A stretch of DNA of 64,000 bases from Candidatus Peribacteraceae bacterium (lineage in GTDB: Bacteria; Patescibacteriota; Gracilibacteria; Peribacterales; Peribacteraceae). A program made the position numbers and the translations under genes. Positions 27,049-35,921 of the stretch are shown in pieces; the first letter of the stretch is position 1; the number at the start of each line of letters is the position of its first letter. Below the pieces are notes generated by a model. That model did no database searches and was not told the DNA's origin. It saw only the letters and a list, made by a program, of their open reading frames with translations. The stretch is from NCBI GenBank assembly GCA_028718905.1, contig JAQUKV010000004.1, positions 19,523-83,522 of the forward strand. The letters are read 5' to 3'.

Positions 27049-27282
27049 CTTCCACCTTTGTCCGAGCGACAAAGGTGGAGCCCAGCCTTCGTCCCGCAGA
27101 TGCGGGACTACGGCCGGCAGGCAAAACGCGTGCGCGCCAATCCCCGCTCCACTCGGCCCTGCGCCTCCTCGCTGGCTCCTCCAAGGTTTCGGAGCCGACT
27201 CGTCGGCGACCCGCTTCGCGGCAGGGCCTCCCCCTTCACCCCCGATGGCGCGCCCTCCATGTTTTCTGTTTTGTATGTTTTA
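27049..27282 (+). repeat. structured intergenic repeat family, copy R3 (most complete)
   Basis: 12-13-bp hairpin 27050-27080, extra hairpin GTCCCGCAGATGCGGGAC, GCGCGCCA/TGGCGCGC closing helix, GGCTCC-11nt-GGAGCC, CCGC-TTCG-GCGG, CCCCCTTCACCCCC, T/G tail. Confidence 0.75.
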
Positions 27283-28026
27283 TTGTCTTGGTGCGGATTT
27301 TCCGAAACGGAGCACGAGCAGCGGAAAGATCACCACGGCCCTCCAGATTCTGCCGATTCTGCGGGGTTCCCTCATCAGGCGCCAGAGCCATTCGAGGCCG
27401 AGGCGCTGCATCCGGATCGGGGCGCGCTGTCGTTTTCCGGCGAGAAAATCGAATGTGCCCCCGACGCCCACTGCCACGCGCACGGATGGCATTTCTTGCA
27501 GATGTTTTGCGATCCACAGGTCCTGCGCGGGGGCACCGAAGGCGACGAGGAGCAGGTGCGGGGCAGCCGCGCGAATCATTGCAAGAATCGTCGGTGCATC
27601 CTCTTCCCGCGGGCTCCCCGCAAAGCATCCGACGATTTTCAAACGCGGATTATTTTTGAGGAGCACGCTGGCCGCTGCTTCGGCAATGCCGGGTTGCGCA
27701 CCCAACAGGAACACGGGCGCTTCTTTCGTGAGTGAGGCGCATAGAGCCGTGACCGTGTCTACTCCTGTCACACGCTCAGGGAGACGCTGCCCCGTGAGCC
27801 GTGCCATCCACACGAGGCCGGTGGAGTCGGGGATATTCAAATCCGTTTCGTTCAGGAGCGCCCGGAAGTCCGCATTGTGTGCCGTCTCCATCAGCATTTC
27901 ATTGTTCGGCGTCATGATATGTCTCTGTTTTTCCTCTCGCAGAAAACCACGGATCATTTCCAGAGCTCCCGTCCGGGTGACGGCATCAATCGATACGCCG
28001 AGGAGGAAGACGCGGGATGAAGACAT
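27280..28026 (-). CDS. WecG/TagA/CpsF-family (GT26) glycosyltransferase
   Basis: IMTPNNEMLMETAHNADFRALLNETDLNIPDSTGLVW; alternative ATG 28047 lies inside the heptamer tract. Confidence 0.8.
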   Translation of the reverse strand: MSSSRVFLLGVSIDAVTRTGALEMIRGFLREEKQRHIMTPNNEMLMETAHNADFRALLNETDLNIPDSTGLVWMARLTGQRLPERVTGVDTVTALCASLTKEAPVFLLGAQPGIAEAAASVLLKNNPRLKIVGCFAGSPREEDAPTILAMIRAAAPHLLLVAFGAPAQDLWIAKHLQEMPSVRVAVGVGGTFDFLAGKRQRAPIRMQRLGLEWLWRLMREPRRIGRIWRAVVIFPLLVLRFGKSAPRQ

Positions 28027-28082
28027 AAGTTTTAAGACATAAGACATAAGCTTTAAGCTTACGGCTTATAGCTTACAGCTTC
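28019..28082. repeat. heptamer stutter repeat, inverted arm pair (TAAGACA / TAAGCTT units)
   Basis: TAAGACA TAAGACA TAAGCTT TAAGCTT ACGGCTT ATAGCTT ACAGCTT. Confidence 0.75.
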
Positions 28083-28113
28083 CCCGAAATGAGCGTTACA
28101 TACACGTACACAA

Positions 28114-28449
28114 TTATTCTCTTAGCTTCTGTACTTCCTCCACATACCACTGTCTGTCCCCCCTCTTCAGGCGCACCAGCTTGGGGCCGTCTTTGGTCTC
28201 GGCGAGGTAATCACGTTCGTTGTCTTTCTCCCGCAGCAGGACGGTGCGGCCGATTTCCTCCTCAGGCAGCAAAAGATAGATGGCGATATCGGGTTTGTCG
28301 GTGAGGGCGGCTTTCAGGTTCAGAGTCGCGCGGCCGAGTGTTGCGGCGACGCCGACGATCAGTGCGCACAGGAGCACCGCCCACCCGATGGTGTGGAAGA
28401 ACCGGAAGGAAGAGACGCGGTTAAAGTCCATGTCGGTGCCAGTATACAT
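28114..28449 (-). CDS. hypothetical membrane protein
   Basis: 111 aa, one TM. Confidence 0.4.
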   Translation of the reverse strand: MYTGTDMDFNRVSSFRFFHTIGWAVLLCALIVGVAATLGRATLNLKAALTDKPDIAIYLLLPEEEIGRTVLLREKDNERDYLAETKDGPKLVRLKRGDRQWYVEEVQKLRE

Positions 28450-28521
28450 CGGCTTTCCTTGTGTGGAAGTACACTCTTTTCGGGTGTGTAGTGCGGGACA
28501 CGAGATTCGGGTACGCTTCTA

Positions 28522-30042
28522 TTGGTGGCGCGCTTGGCACTGATCATCATCGACGGCTTCGGGGTTGCTCCTCCCGGTTCGGGCAATGCCCGCTCACTTG
28601 CAAAGCTTCCCACGATCAAACGTCTGGAGCAGGAGGTTCCCAATGTCATCATGCAGGCGTCTGGAAATGCAGCAGGCTTGCCGGAAGGTCAGCAGGGTGC
28701 CAGCGAGCCGGGGCACCTCGTCATCGGTGCCGGGCGGATCGTGTGGCAGCCGCTGGAGGAAATCAATCGTGCCATCCGCTCCAAGGAATTCTTTCGAAAC
28801 GATGTGCTGGTCAGCGCCTGTCAGCGCGCAAAAAGGAAGAATGTTCCGCTGCATTTGCTCAGTATCTATTCCCTTGGCGGAGTCCACGGCCATGTGGAAC
28901 ATGTGCATGCCATGATGCAGCTTGCGGAGGAGCAGGGAGTTTCAAAAATATTTTTGCATCTCATCGGCGACGGGCGTGATGTGCCCACACAACGATTCTG
29001 TGCGGACTATCCGCTCCTGCAGACACAATTACAGAAGCATCCCCGCGTTCGCATTGCTTCGCTCGTCGGTCGGTATTACGCAATGGATCGTGACAAACAA
29101 TATACAGATCGCACGAAAGTTGCCTACGATCTTTACACGCAGGGAACCGGCGAGGAAGTGGAGGATCTCTGTGTCGGCGTACAGAGCTGGTACGCCAAAG
29201 CGCCTGAGAAAGAGAAAACGGACTACTACTTGCAACCGCTCAAGACGGCCGATTTTGTTCCCATCCAGCCCGATGATGTCGTTGTGTGCGTGAACTTCCG
29301 ATCAGACCGGATGATCCAGATCGTGCAGGCGCTGTCCGATGAGAATTTTGTGGAGTTCTCACGTCCAGTGCGGATCAAGGATGCGGTCTGCATGGGGCCC
29401 TATTCCGATCGTCTTCCTGTTGCGTTTCCGGCACCGAAAGTCGAGAACACGTTGGGTGAGGTTGTCTCACGGTCGGGGCTCAAACAATTACGCATCGCGG
29501 AGACTGACAAGATGGCGCATGTCACATTCTTCTTTAATGCCCAAGTACACGAGCCGTTTCCGGGGGAAGACCGTATTCTTGTGGAGTCGCCCAAAGTTCC
29601 GAATTTCGCCACGGTGCCCGAAATGAGTGCAGACGAACTCACCGATCGTCTCGTGCAGCAGGTCGAAACAGAGAAGTATGATTTCATCGTCGCAAACTTC
29701 GCCAATCCCGATCTCGTCGGGCATGGGGCGAATATTCCCGCGGCCGTGATCGCCTGCGAAACGGTGGATCGCGATATCGGCAGGCTGCTTTCTATGCTGG
29801 AGAAACATGCCTACGACTGGATCGTCACATCGGATCATGGGCATGTCGAAGAAATGCTCTTGCCGGATGGCAGTGTCTCGCCCAGTCATACGACGAATCC
29901 TGTGCAGACATTCGTGCATTCGAAAATGATCGCTTCATCCAAGGATTTAAAGCATTTCACGGGGATCAAGGATATTGCTCCTTTGTGTCTTACGATCATG
30001 GGTCTGCCAATTCCCAAAGAGATGAAAGAGGGCCGGGTGTAG
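28522..30042 (+). CDS. gpmI: 2,3-bisphosphoglycerate-independent phosphoglycerate mutase
   Basis: LIIIDGFG, GNAAGLPEGQQGASEPGHL, GDGRDV, ADELT, TSDHG blocks. Confidence 0.9.
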   Translation: MVARLALIIIDGFGVAPPGSGNARSLAKLPTIKRLEQEVPNVIMQASGNAAGLPEGQQGASEPGHLVIGAGRIVWQPLEEINRAIRSKEFFRNDVLVSACQRAKRKNVPLHLLSIYSLGGVHGHVEHVHAMMQLAEEQGVSKIFLHLIGDGRDVPTQRFCADYPLLQTQLQKHPRVRIASLVGRYYAMDRDKQYTDRTKVAYDLYTQGTGEEVEDLCVGVQSWYAKAPEKEKTDYYLQPLKTADFVPIQPDDVVVCVNFRSDRMIQIVQALSDENFVEFSRPVRIKDAVCMGPYSDRLPVAFPAPKVENTLGEVVSRSGLKQLRIAETDKMAHVTFFFNAQVHEPFPGEDRILVESPKVPNFATVPEMSADELTDRLVQQVETEKYDFIVANFANPDLVGHGANIPAAVIACETVDRDIGRLLSMLEKHAYDWIVTSDHGHVEEMLLPDGSVSPSHTTNPVQTFVHSKMIASSKDLKHFTGIKDIAPLCLTIMGLPIPKEMKEGRV

Positions 30043-30076
30043 TGCGAAGCGCCCGCCCCCGCTATGCTGGCTTCAT

Positions 30077-31426
30077 ATGAAGGAAATCATCTACCGTTCC
30101 GCTCGCTTCTTTGACGAGGTGGCCGCTCATCCCTCGAAGCACGTTCATCTGATCCTCATCGCAACCAAGCCCGACATCATCAAGCAGCTGCCGCTGTATT
30201 TCGAATTGAAAAAGCGCGGGCATCTTGTGCTCCTCGGCCACACGGGGCAGCACTACAGCGAAAACCTGAGTGGCGGCATGCTCAAGGAGTATGGCGTCGA
30301 GCCCGACTTCAACCTGAATGTACGCGGAGTGATGCACGAGATCGTGAGCCAGATCATCGGACGGCTCGGTTTTGTGATCGGAGAGCTGAAGGAGAGAGGG
30401 AAGACCGTTATCCCCTATGTGCACGGTGACACGACCACGGCCATGGCGGCGAGCAACGCGGGGTTCGCGCACGGGTGTGCCTCGGTGCATGTGGAGGCGG
30501 GTATTCGCACGCTGACGCCGAATTATAGGGATTGGGGATTGGGGATTGGGGATTGGGACGATCAGAAATGCGGAGAGTGGAGGAAATTCCTCATGGGCAG
30601 AAAAAACTGGGAGCGGGGGAGTCTGGAGCCGTATCCCGAGCAGTTCAATACGCGCTGCAGTGAGGCCGCAACCGGCGTGCATCTAGCGCCTGTGGAGTTA
30701 GATCGGGAGTTTTTGCAGAGTGAAGGGTTTCCGGACGATCGCATTTTCGTCGTGGGCAATTCCGTAGTCGATGCAGTGGAGGAGGCAAAGGGGCGCATGA
30801 AACAATCCACCGTGTTCGAGCGCTATCCGCTCCTTGCAGACGGTGACTTCGTTCGCTTCTGCATCCATCGGCGTGAGAATTGCGGATCGGATACCCGCTT
30901 CAAGTCGATCTACGATGCCATGGTCTCGCTCATCAAGGACGGCCGGAACGTGCTCCTCATCACGATGACGCAGACGGAGCGTGCATTCGAGCGGATGGGA
31001 CTGAAGAAGGATGTCGAAGCGCTCGCCAAGAAGCACAAGAACTTTCTCTACTCGCCGGTGTGGCCGGAGTATGTGGATGTGATGGCGGCCATGGCCAAAG
31101 CCGCCGTGTGCGCCACCGATTCCGGATCCATGCAGGAGGAGATGAATGCGATGGCGATTCCGTGCGTCACACTCCGCTTCGGGTCTGACCGCAGCGAGTC
31201 GGCCATGGCGGGAGGCAACCTGATCGCGCCACCCACGGATGCCCGAGCTATCAAGCAAATCATCGAGTATGCGTGGGGCAACAAGGATATGAAGAAGGCG
31301 CCGAAGCTTTATGGCAGGAATGTCAGTGCCCAGTGCATCGACGCGGTGGAGAAGGTTTTGGAGAACGGGGATGTGTTTCGAACGGAGGAGGAACGGTTGG
31401 GTAAACGAGGGGGAATGAGGAATTAA
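30077..31426 (+). CDS. UDP-N-acetylglucosamine 2-epimerase-like protein with repeat-encoded insert
   Basis: TKPDIIKQLPLY, VHGDTTTAMA, HVEAGIRT, then ~40-aa insert, then EPYPEQFNTR. Confidence 0.75.
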   Translation: MKEIIYRSARFFDEVAAHPSKHVHLILIATKPDIIKQLPLYFELKKRGHLVLLGHTGQHYSENLSGGMLKEYGVEPDFNLNVRGVMHEIVSQIIGRLGFVIGELKERGKTVIPYVHGDTTTAMAASNAGFAHGCASVHVEAGIRTLTPNYRDWGLGIGDWDDQKCGEWRKFLMGRKNWERGSLEPYPEQFNTRCSEAATGVHLAPVELDREFLQSEGFPDDRIFVVGNSVVDAVEEAKGRMKQSTVFERYPLLADGDFVRFCIHRRENCGSDTRFKSIYDAMVSLIKDGRNVLLITMTQTERAFERMGLKKDVEALAKKHKNFLYSPVWPEYVDVMAAMAKAAVCATDSGSMQEEMNAMAIPCVTLRFGSDRSESAMAGGNLIAPPTDARAIKQIIEYAWGNKDMKKAPKLYGRNVSAQCIDAVEKVLENGDVFRTEEERLGKRGGMRN

Positions 31427-31504
31427 GAATTATGAATTATGACTTAAACTAACGGGGCTGCCCATTCGTCCTTGATTCTTCATTCCAAATTCATAATTCT
31501 AAAT
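31413..31504. repeat. heptamer stutter repeat, inverted arm pair (GAATTAT units)
   Basis: GAATGAG GAATTAA GAATTAT GAATTAT GACTTAA vs complementary arm 31471-31504. Confidence 0.75.
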
Positions 31505-31507
31505 CGC

Positions 31508-32956
31508 ATGCTTCAGCACTTCCGCGAACGGCTCACGCTCCTCCTGATCGCTCTTCTGCCGCTGCATGCATTTTTGGTGACGGTGGGCACGAAGTTACTT
31601 GCGGGCAAAGGTCATGCCCCGCTCGCATATTTGGCAATCTGGAAAGAGGCACTGTTGGGGGTGATTCTTGTGTTGGCGGTGGCGGAGCTACTGCAGAGTG
31701 AAAAGTGGCCATTCGGCCATAAGGGGCCTCATGCCCTGAACGGGAAAGTTGAAAGTAGAAAGTTATGGAAGGGAGATGCCATTGACGGTCTGATTCTCGC
31801 GCTGTTGCTTCTTGGATTGGTGGTGACGGTATTCACGCATGGGGATTGGAAGCTTGGATTACTCGGATTGAAGTACGACTTTGTGCCGCTTATCGCCTTC
31901 TTGATCGCACGGAGAGTGCCGTGGTCGGATAACTTCCGGCACTGTGCGTGGAAGGTTTTGCTCGGGGTCGGCGTGGTCGTTGCCGCCTACGGCATCCTGA
32001 CAGCGTTCCTCCCGATGCAGTTCTTCCTCTGGCTCGGCTATTCTCCGGCACACTCACTGTACTTCGCCGACGGGCCGCTGGCGGCGTTCCAGCAGGTGAG
32101 CGATACGGGGCTTCGGCGCATCCAGTCCACCATGAGCGGGCCGAATCAGTTGGGGCTGTGGCTGCTCCTGCCATTGAGTGTGTGTTTGGTGCGCATGTTC
32201 TCCCGGAGAGCGGTGAGCGATAAGCGGTTAGCGATCAGCATGTTGACTGTTTGTATTCTGTTTGTGAGCGTTGCTCTCTTCCTCACCTTTTCCCGCGCCG
32301 CATGGATCGCGGCGTTCGTGATCGGTATGGTGGTGATCCTCCAAAGCGTTCCGCGCCGGCTATTGCGGAGCGTGGCCGTCGGTGCCGTGCTCATCGTGGT
32401 GGGCATTGCCGTGATCGCGTCTTTTCTGTTTCCATCGGTCTTCTTCCGCCTTTCCTCTTCGCGCGGGCATCTGGTCCGGCCGCTGCAGGCGATCGGCAGG
32501 ATGGCAGCTCATCCGTTCGGCGAGGGACTGGGCGCGGCGGGACCGGCCAGCAATCGCGTGAGCGAAACGTGCGTCTTTCTGCGGCCGCAGGATGATCCTT
32601 CGTGGGCGAAGACGACTCCTTCGCTCTGCGTCTTTCTCGGCTCAACGCAGGTGCAGCCCGCGGATCATGTCTGCCGCTGCCCGTTCCTGCCGGAGAACTG
32701 GTATCTGCAGATCGGGGTGGAGATGGGAGTGGCGGGGTTTACATTGTTCCTTGTGTTGGTGGTTGTTGTTCTGCGGCGACTTCGGGAACTCGGGAACTCG
32801 GGGAATAGGGAATTAGGGCAGATCGCTTTCCTCGTTTTCCTCGACATCAGCATCGCCGCACTCTTTCTTCATGCGTGGGAGGATAGTGCTGTTTCGTACA
32901 CCGTGTGGCTCCTCTCGGCGCTGCAGCTTCCTCTTCGTCGTTCAGAGAAGGGGTGA
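31508..32956 (+). CDS. O-antigen ligase (Wzy_C)-like polytopic membrane protein
   Basis: Many TM segments; LFLTFSRAAWIAAFVIG block. Confidence 0.65.
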   Translation: MLQHFRERLTLLLIALLPLHAFLVTVGTKLLAGKGHAPLAYLAIWKEALLGVILVLAVAELLQSEKWPFGHKGPHALNGKVESRKLWKGDAIDGLILALLLLGLVVTVFTHGDWKLGLLGLKYDFVPLIAFLIARRVPWSDNFRHCAWKVLLGVGVVVAAYGILTAFLPMQFFLWLGYSPAHSLYFADGPLAAFQQVSDTGLRRIQSTMSGPNQLGLWLLLPLSVCLVRMFSRRAVSDKRLAISMLTVCILFVSVALFLTFSRAAWIAAFVIGMVVILQSVPRRLLRSVAVGAVLIVVGIAVIASFLFPSVFFRLSSSRGHLVRPLQAIGRMAAHPFGEGLGAAGPASNRVSETCVFLRPQDDPSWAKTTPSLCVFLGSTQVQPADHVCRCPFLPENWYLQIGVEMGVAGFTLFLVLVVVVLRRLRELGNSGNRELGQIAFLVFLDISIAALFLHAWEDSAVSYTVWLLSALQLPLRRSEKG

Positions 32957-33148
32957 TTACTTCTTGCCTTGACCGGGAGTATCGTCGGTCCTGAATCCCA
33001 GCAGACGTTCCAAATCCTCGTCGGGCTTGTCCGGAATCTGGGGATCAATATCATCCATGCCGATTGGCACGTCCGTATCCGGCTCTACAGGGTTGAATTC
33101 AACATCACCCGGCCATGCGGCGAGATCGAGTTCACCGGTGTCCGATGG

Positions 33149-33874
33149 TTAGGCAGGTTTCTTCGCCGATTGAGGAGCTGTTTTCTGCGGTTGCGCCGGT
33201 TTCGCTGGAGCAGCGTTCTGCGTCGGCGAGAGGGTCGGAGCGATTCTTGCATCGCCGAAAGCATCGGCAGCGAGTGTCGGCTTGCGCACGGCTTTCGCTG
33301 GCGGGGGAGCTTTGGGCGCGGCAGGAGCTGTCGGTGCCGGTGGCGCTTTGCCCGCAGCAGTGGGTGCTGGCTTTACGTCGAGAATTGCTTGGAACAAGGC
33401 CGAATCATCTGCTGCTGCATCCGCTGCCGCCGCATTTGCGCCGTGGGAGGCGTTGTGTTCCGCTATCCTCGCTTCCAACGCGGGGAGGATCGCGCCTGCA
33501 TAGGCCTGGCAGTTCGCGTGCAATTGCTTGTAGGCTCTGGCTTGTTCATGACGAGGGTCGGTCTTCTTCTGGATACCTACTGCTGTCTCGACTTCCGCCA
33601 TCACACGGCGATACTTCTCGGTCAGCGTTGCCAGCACTGCGCCGATTGCTTCCCGGGTGACTCCGGTCCTCTTTGCGATTCCCGCGAGGATAGTGAGTGT
33701 TTCCTTTGCGGTCTGCGCGATATCCTGCTGAGCAGTATCGGCAAGTACTCTCTGTAAAGTGGTGCGGAAGTTTACGTCGCCTCCGGCTGCGAGAGTTCTG
33801 CATTGCGCTAATCGAGCAGAGGCATGAGGTTTCCCTGTGACTACGATAGAGAGGAGATTGTCGGGTTGTGCCAT
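33149..33874 (-). CDS. hypothetical Ala/Pro-rich protein
   Basis: 241 aa; ends at TAA 33149-33151 with 63 further sense codons in frame. Confidence 0.5.
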   Translation of the reverse strand: MAQPDNLLSIVVTGKPHASARLAQCRTLAAGGDVNFRTTLQRVLADTAQQDIAQTAKETLTILAGIAKRTGVTREAIGAVLATLTEKYRRVMAEVETAVGIQKKTDPRHEQARAYKQLHANCQAYAGAILPALEARIAEHNASHGANAAAADAAADDSALFQAILDVKPAPTAAGKAPPAPTAPAAPKAPPPAKAVRKPTLAADAFGDARIAPTLSPTQNAAPAKPAQPQKTAPQSAKKPA

Positions 33875-34046
33875 AGTGTCCCATGAGACTCCCGCGAAGC
33901 TTCCTTGTCAAGGAAGACGTCCCGAAGGCATTTCCTGTACTCTGTTCACATGAATCACTCCCATTGCCGTTCTATAGTCATTTTCGACCCGGCTTCGTTC
34001 TGCAGCACTTCGCCGTGGTCTTCTGGCTTCCATTTCCGTTTTTACA

Positions 34047-35843
34047 ATGGCAGATAAGAGATCCATCATCATTCTCGACTTTGGCGGTCAGTATGCGCAT
34101 TTGATCGCGCGCCGTGTGCGCAGTCTGGGGGCGTATTCCGAAATCCGCGACCCTTCGGTTTCCGCGAAGGATCTTAAAGATGCGGCGGGCATCATCCTCT
34201 CGGGCGGACCGCAGAGCGTGTACGACACGGCGAGCCCGGTGGCCGATGCCAAGATTTTTTCGCTCGGTGTTCCGGTACTGGGCATCTGCTATGGGCTCCA
34301 GTGGATGGCCAAGACTCTCGGCGGCACGGTGTCGCCCGGCAAGGTGAAGGAATACGGTCATACCGAGATCAAGGCGGTGAACGGCGGCGGCATTTTGCTG
34401 AAAGACATCGGGGACCATTGCACCGTCTGGATGTCGCACGGCGATGAAGCCGCAAAGCTTCCCGACGGTTTCCAACTCACGGCGACATCCGAGAGCTGTG
34501 CCAACGCGGCGTTCGAAGATCCGCGCCGCAAATTCTTCGCGGTGCAGTTTCATCCCGAGGTCACGCACACGGAGCACGGCAGCGAGATTCTCCGCCGGTT
34601 CGTCGAGCTGTGCCCCGCCACGCCGTGGTCCGTCGAGGGCTACGCCAAGCGCATCGGCGATGAGATCGCGGAGCAGGTGCAAGACCGGCGCGTCTTCATG
34701 CTGGTGTCGGGCGGAGTCGATTCCACCGTGGCGTTCGTCCTGCTCAACGAAGTACTGGGGGCGCACCGCGTGCAGGGGCTTCTCGTCGATACCGGTCTCA
34801 TGCGCAAGGATGAAATTGCCGAAATCCGCGCCGCCTTCGATCGTCTGGGCGTGACCAATGTGCGTATCGAGGACGCGTCGGCGGAATTTTTTCACGCACT
34901 CGAGGGCATTCTGGATCCCGAAGAGAAACGCCGTGCCATCGGCGACACCTTTCTTGCCGTGCAGAAGCGCGTGAGCGAAGACATGGGGCTCACGACTTCC
35001 GACGGATGGATGCTGGGGCAGGGGACGATCTATCCCGATACGATCGAAACCAAAGGCACCAAGCATGCCGATCATATCAAGACGCACCACAACCGCGTGC
35101 CGGCGATTCAGGAGATGCTCAAGAAAGGTCTCGTGATCGAGCCGCTCAAGGAGCTCTACAAAGACGAGGTACGTGCGCTCGGTGAGGAGCTTGGCTTGCC
35201 GCATGAGCTCGTACAGCGGCATCCCTTTCCGGGTCCCGGGCTCGGGGTGCGGATACTCTGCGCGGCCAAACCCGATACCTTTGTGGTGGATGACGTGGGT
35301 ATCAAGCGCTGGGGCGGCGGGTGGGCGGTGTTGCCGGTCAAAAGTGTCGGTGTGCAGGGCGACGGGCGGACGTACCGCCACGCACTCGCGCTCTTCGGAA
35401 AAGAACCCTGTACCCTTACGGAGCAGCTGCTCCGTTTCGCGATCGAGATCCCCAACCGCCGTCGCGAGTTCAACCGTGTGCTCCTCTGCACCTCTTCCGC
35501 GGAGGTGCGTCCCTTTGTCTTCTCTCCGGGCGCGATCACGAAGGAACGGGCGGATCTGCTTCGTGAAGCCGATGCCATTGCCACAGAAGAGATGTGTCTT
35601 GCCGGTCTGTACGAGCGGATCTGGCAGTTCCCGGTGGTGCTTCTGCCGTTCGGCGAGAAGCCGGGCGGCCAGTCCGTCGTCCTTCGTCCCGTGGAATCGC
35701 AGGAAGCCATGACGGCCCGTGCGGCGGCGCTCCCTGCCGGGGTTCTGGAGCGTATGACGCAGAGAATCATGAAGCTTTCGGGCGTGGATTTCGTCTTCTA
35801 CGACCTCACCAGCAAGCCGCCGGCAACCATCGAGTGGGAATGA
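34047..35843 (+). CDS. guaA: GMP synthase (glutamine-hydrolysing)
   Basis: IIILDFGGQYAHLIARRVR, GICYG, SGGVDS, C-terminal PATIEWE. Confidence 0.9.
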   Translation: MADKRSIIILDFGGQYAHLIARRVRSLGAYSEIRDPSVSAKDLKDAAGIILSGGPQSVYDTASPVADAKIFSLGVPVLGICYGLQWMAKTLGGTVSPGKVKEYGHTEIKAVNGGGILLKDIGDHCTVWMSHGDEAAKLPDGFQLTATSESCANAAFEDPRRKFFAVQFHPEVTHTEHGSEILRRFVELCPATPWSVEGYAKRIGDEIAEQVQDRRVFMLVSGGVDSTVAFVLLNEVLGAHRVQGLLVDTGLMRKDEIAEIRAAFDRLGVTNVRIEDASAEFFHALEGILDPEEKRRAIGDTFLAVQKRVSEDMGLTTSDGWMLGQGTIYPDTIETKGTKHADHIKTHHNRVPAIQEMLKKGLVIEPLKELYKDEVRALGEELGLPHELVQRHPFPGPGLGVRILCAAKPDTFVVDDVGIKRWGGGWAVLPVKSVGVQGDGRTYRHALALFGKEPCTLTEQLLRFAIEIPNRRREFNRVLLCTSSAEVRPFVFSPGAITKERADLLREADAIATEEMCLAGLYERIWQFPVVLLPFGEKPGGQSVVLRPVESQEAMTARAAALPAGVLERMTQRIMKLSGVDFVFYDLTSKPPATIEWE

Positions 35844-35921
35844 CGGAGGGATGGGAAGCACGGTTTTCTCCGTTTCTCGGCTTCTTTGCACCTCCATTAC
35901 GGTATACTGCGTTCTCTTTCG

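Noticed and set aside
27007-27735. ORFs translated across the structured repeat copies (e.g. 27007-27735, 18177-18419, 44435-44809, 61674-61928) as a small-protein family
   Set aside because: Similarity is at the nucleotide level. The variable hairpins differ in length by non-multiples of 3, so no common reading frame is maintained. The sequence conservation follows base pairing.
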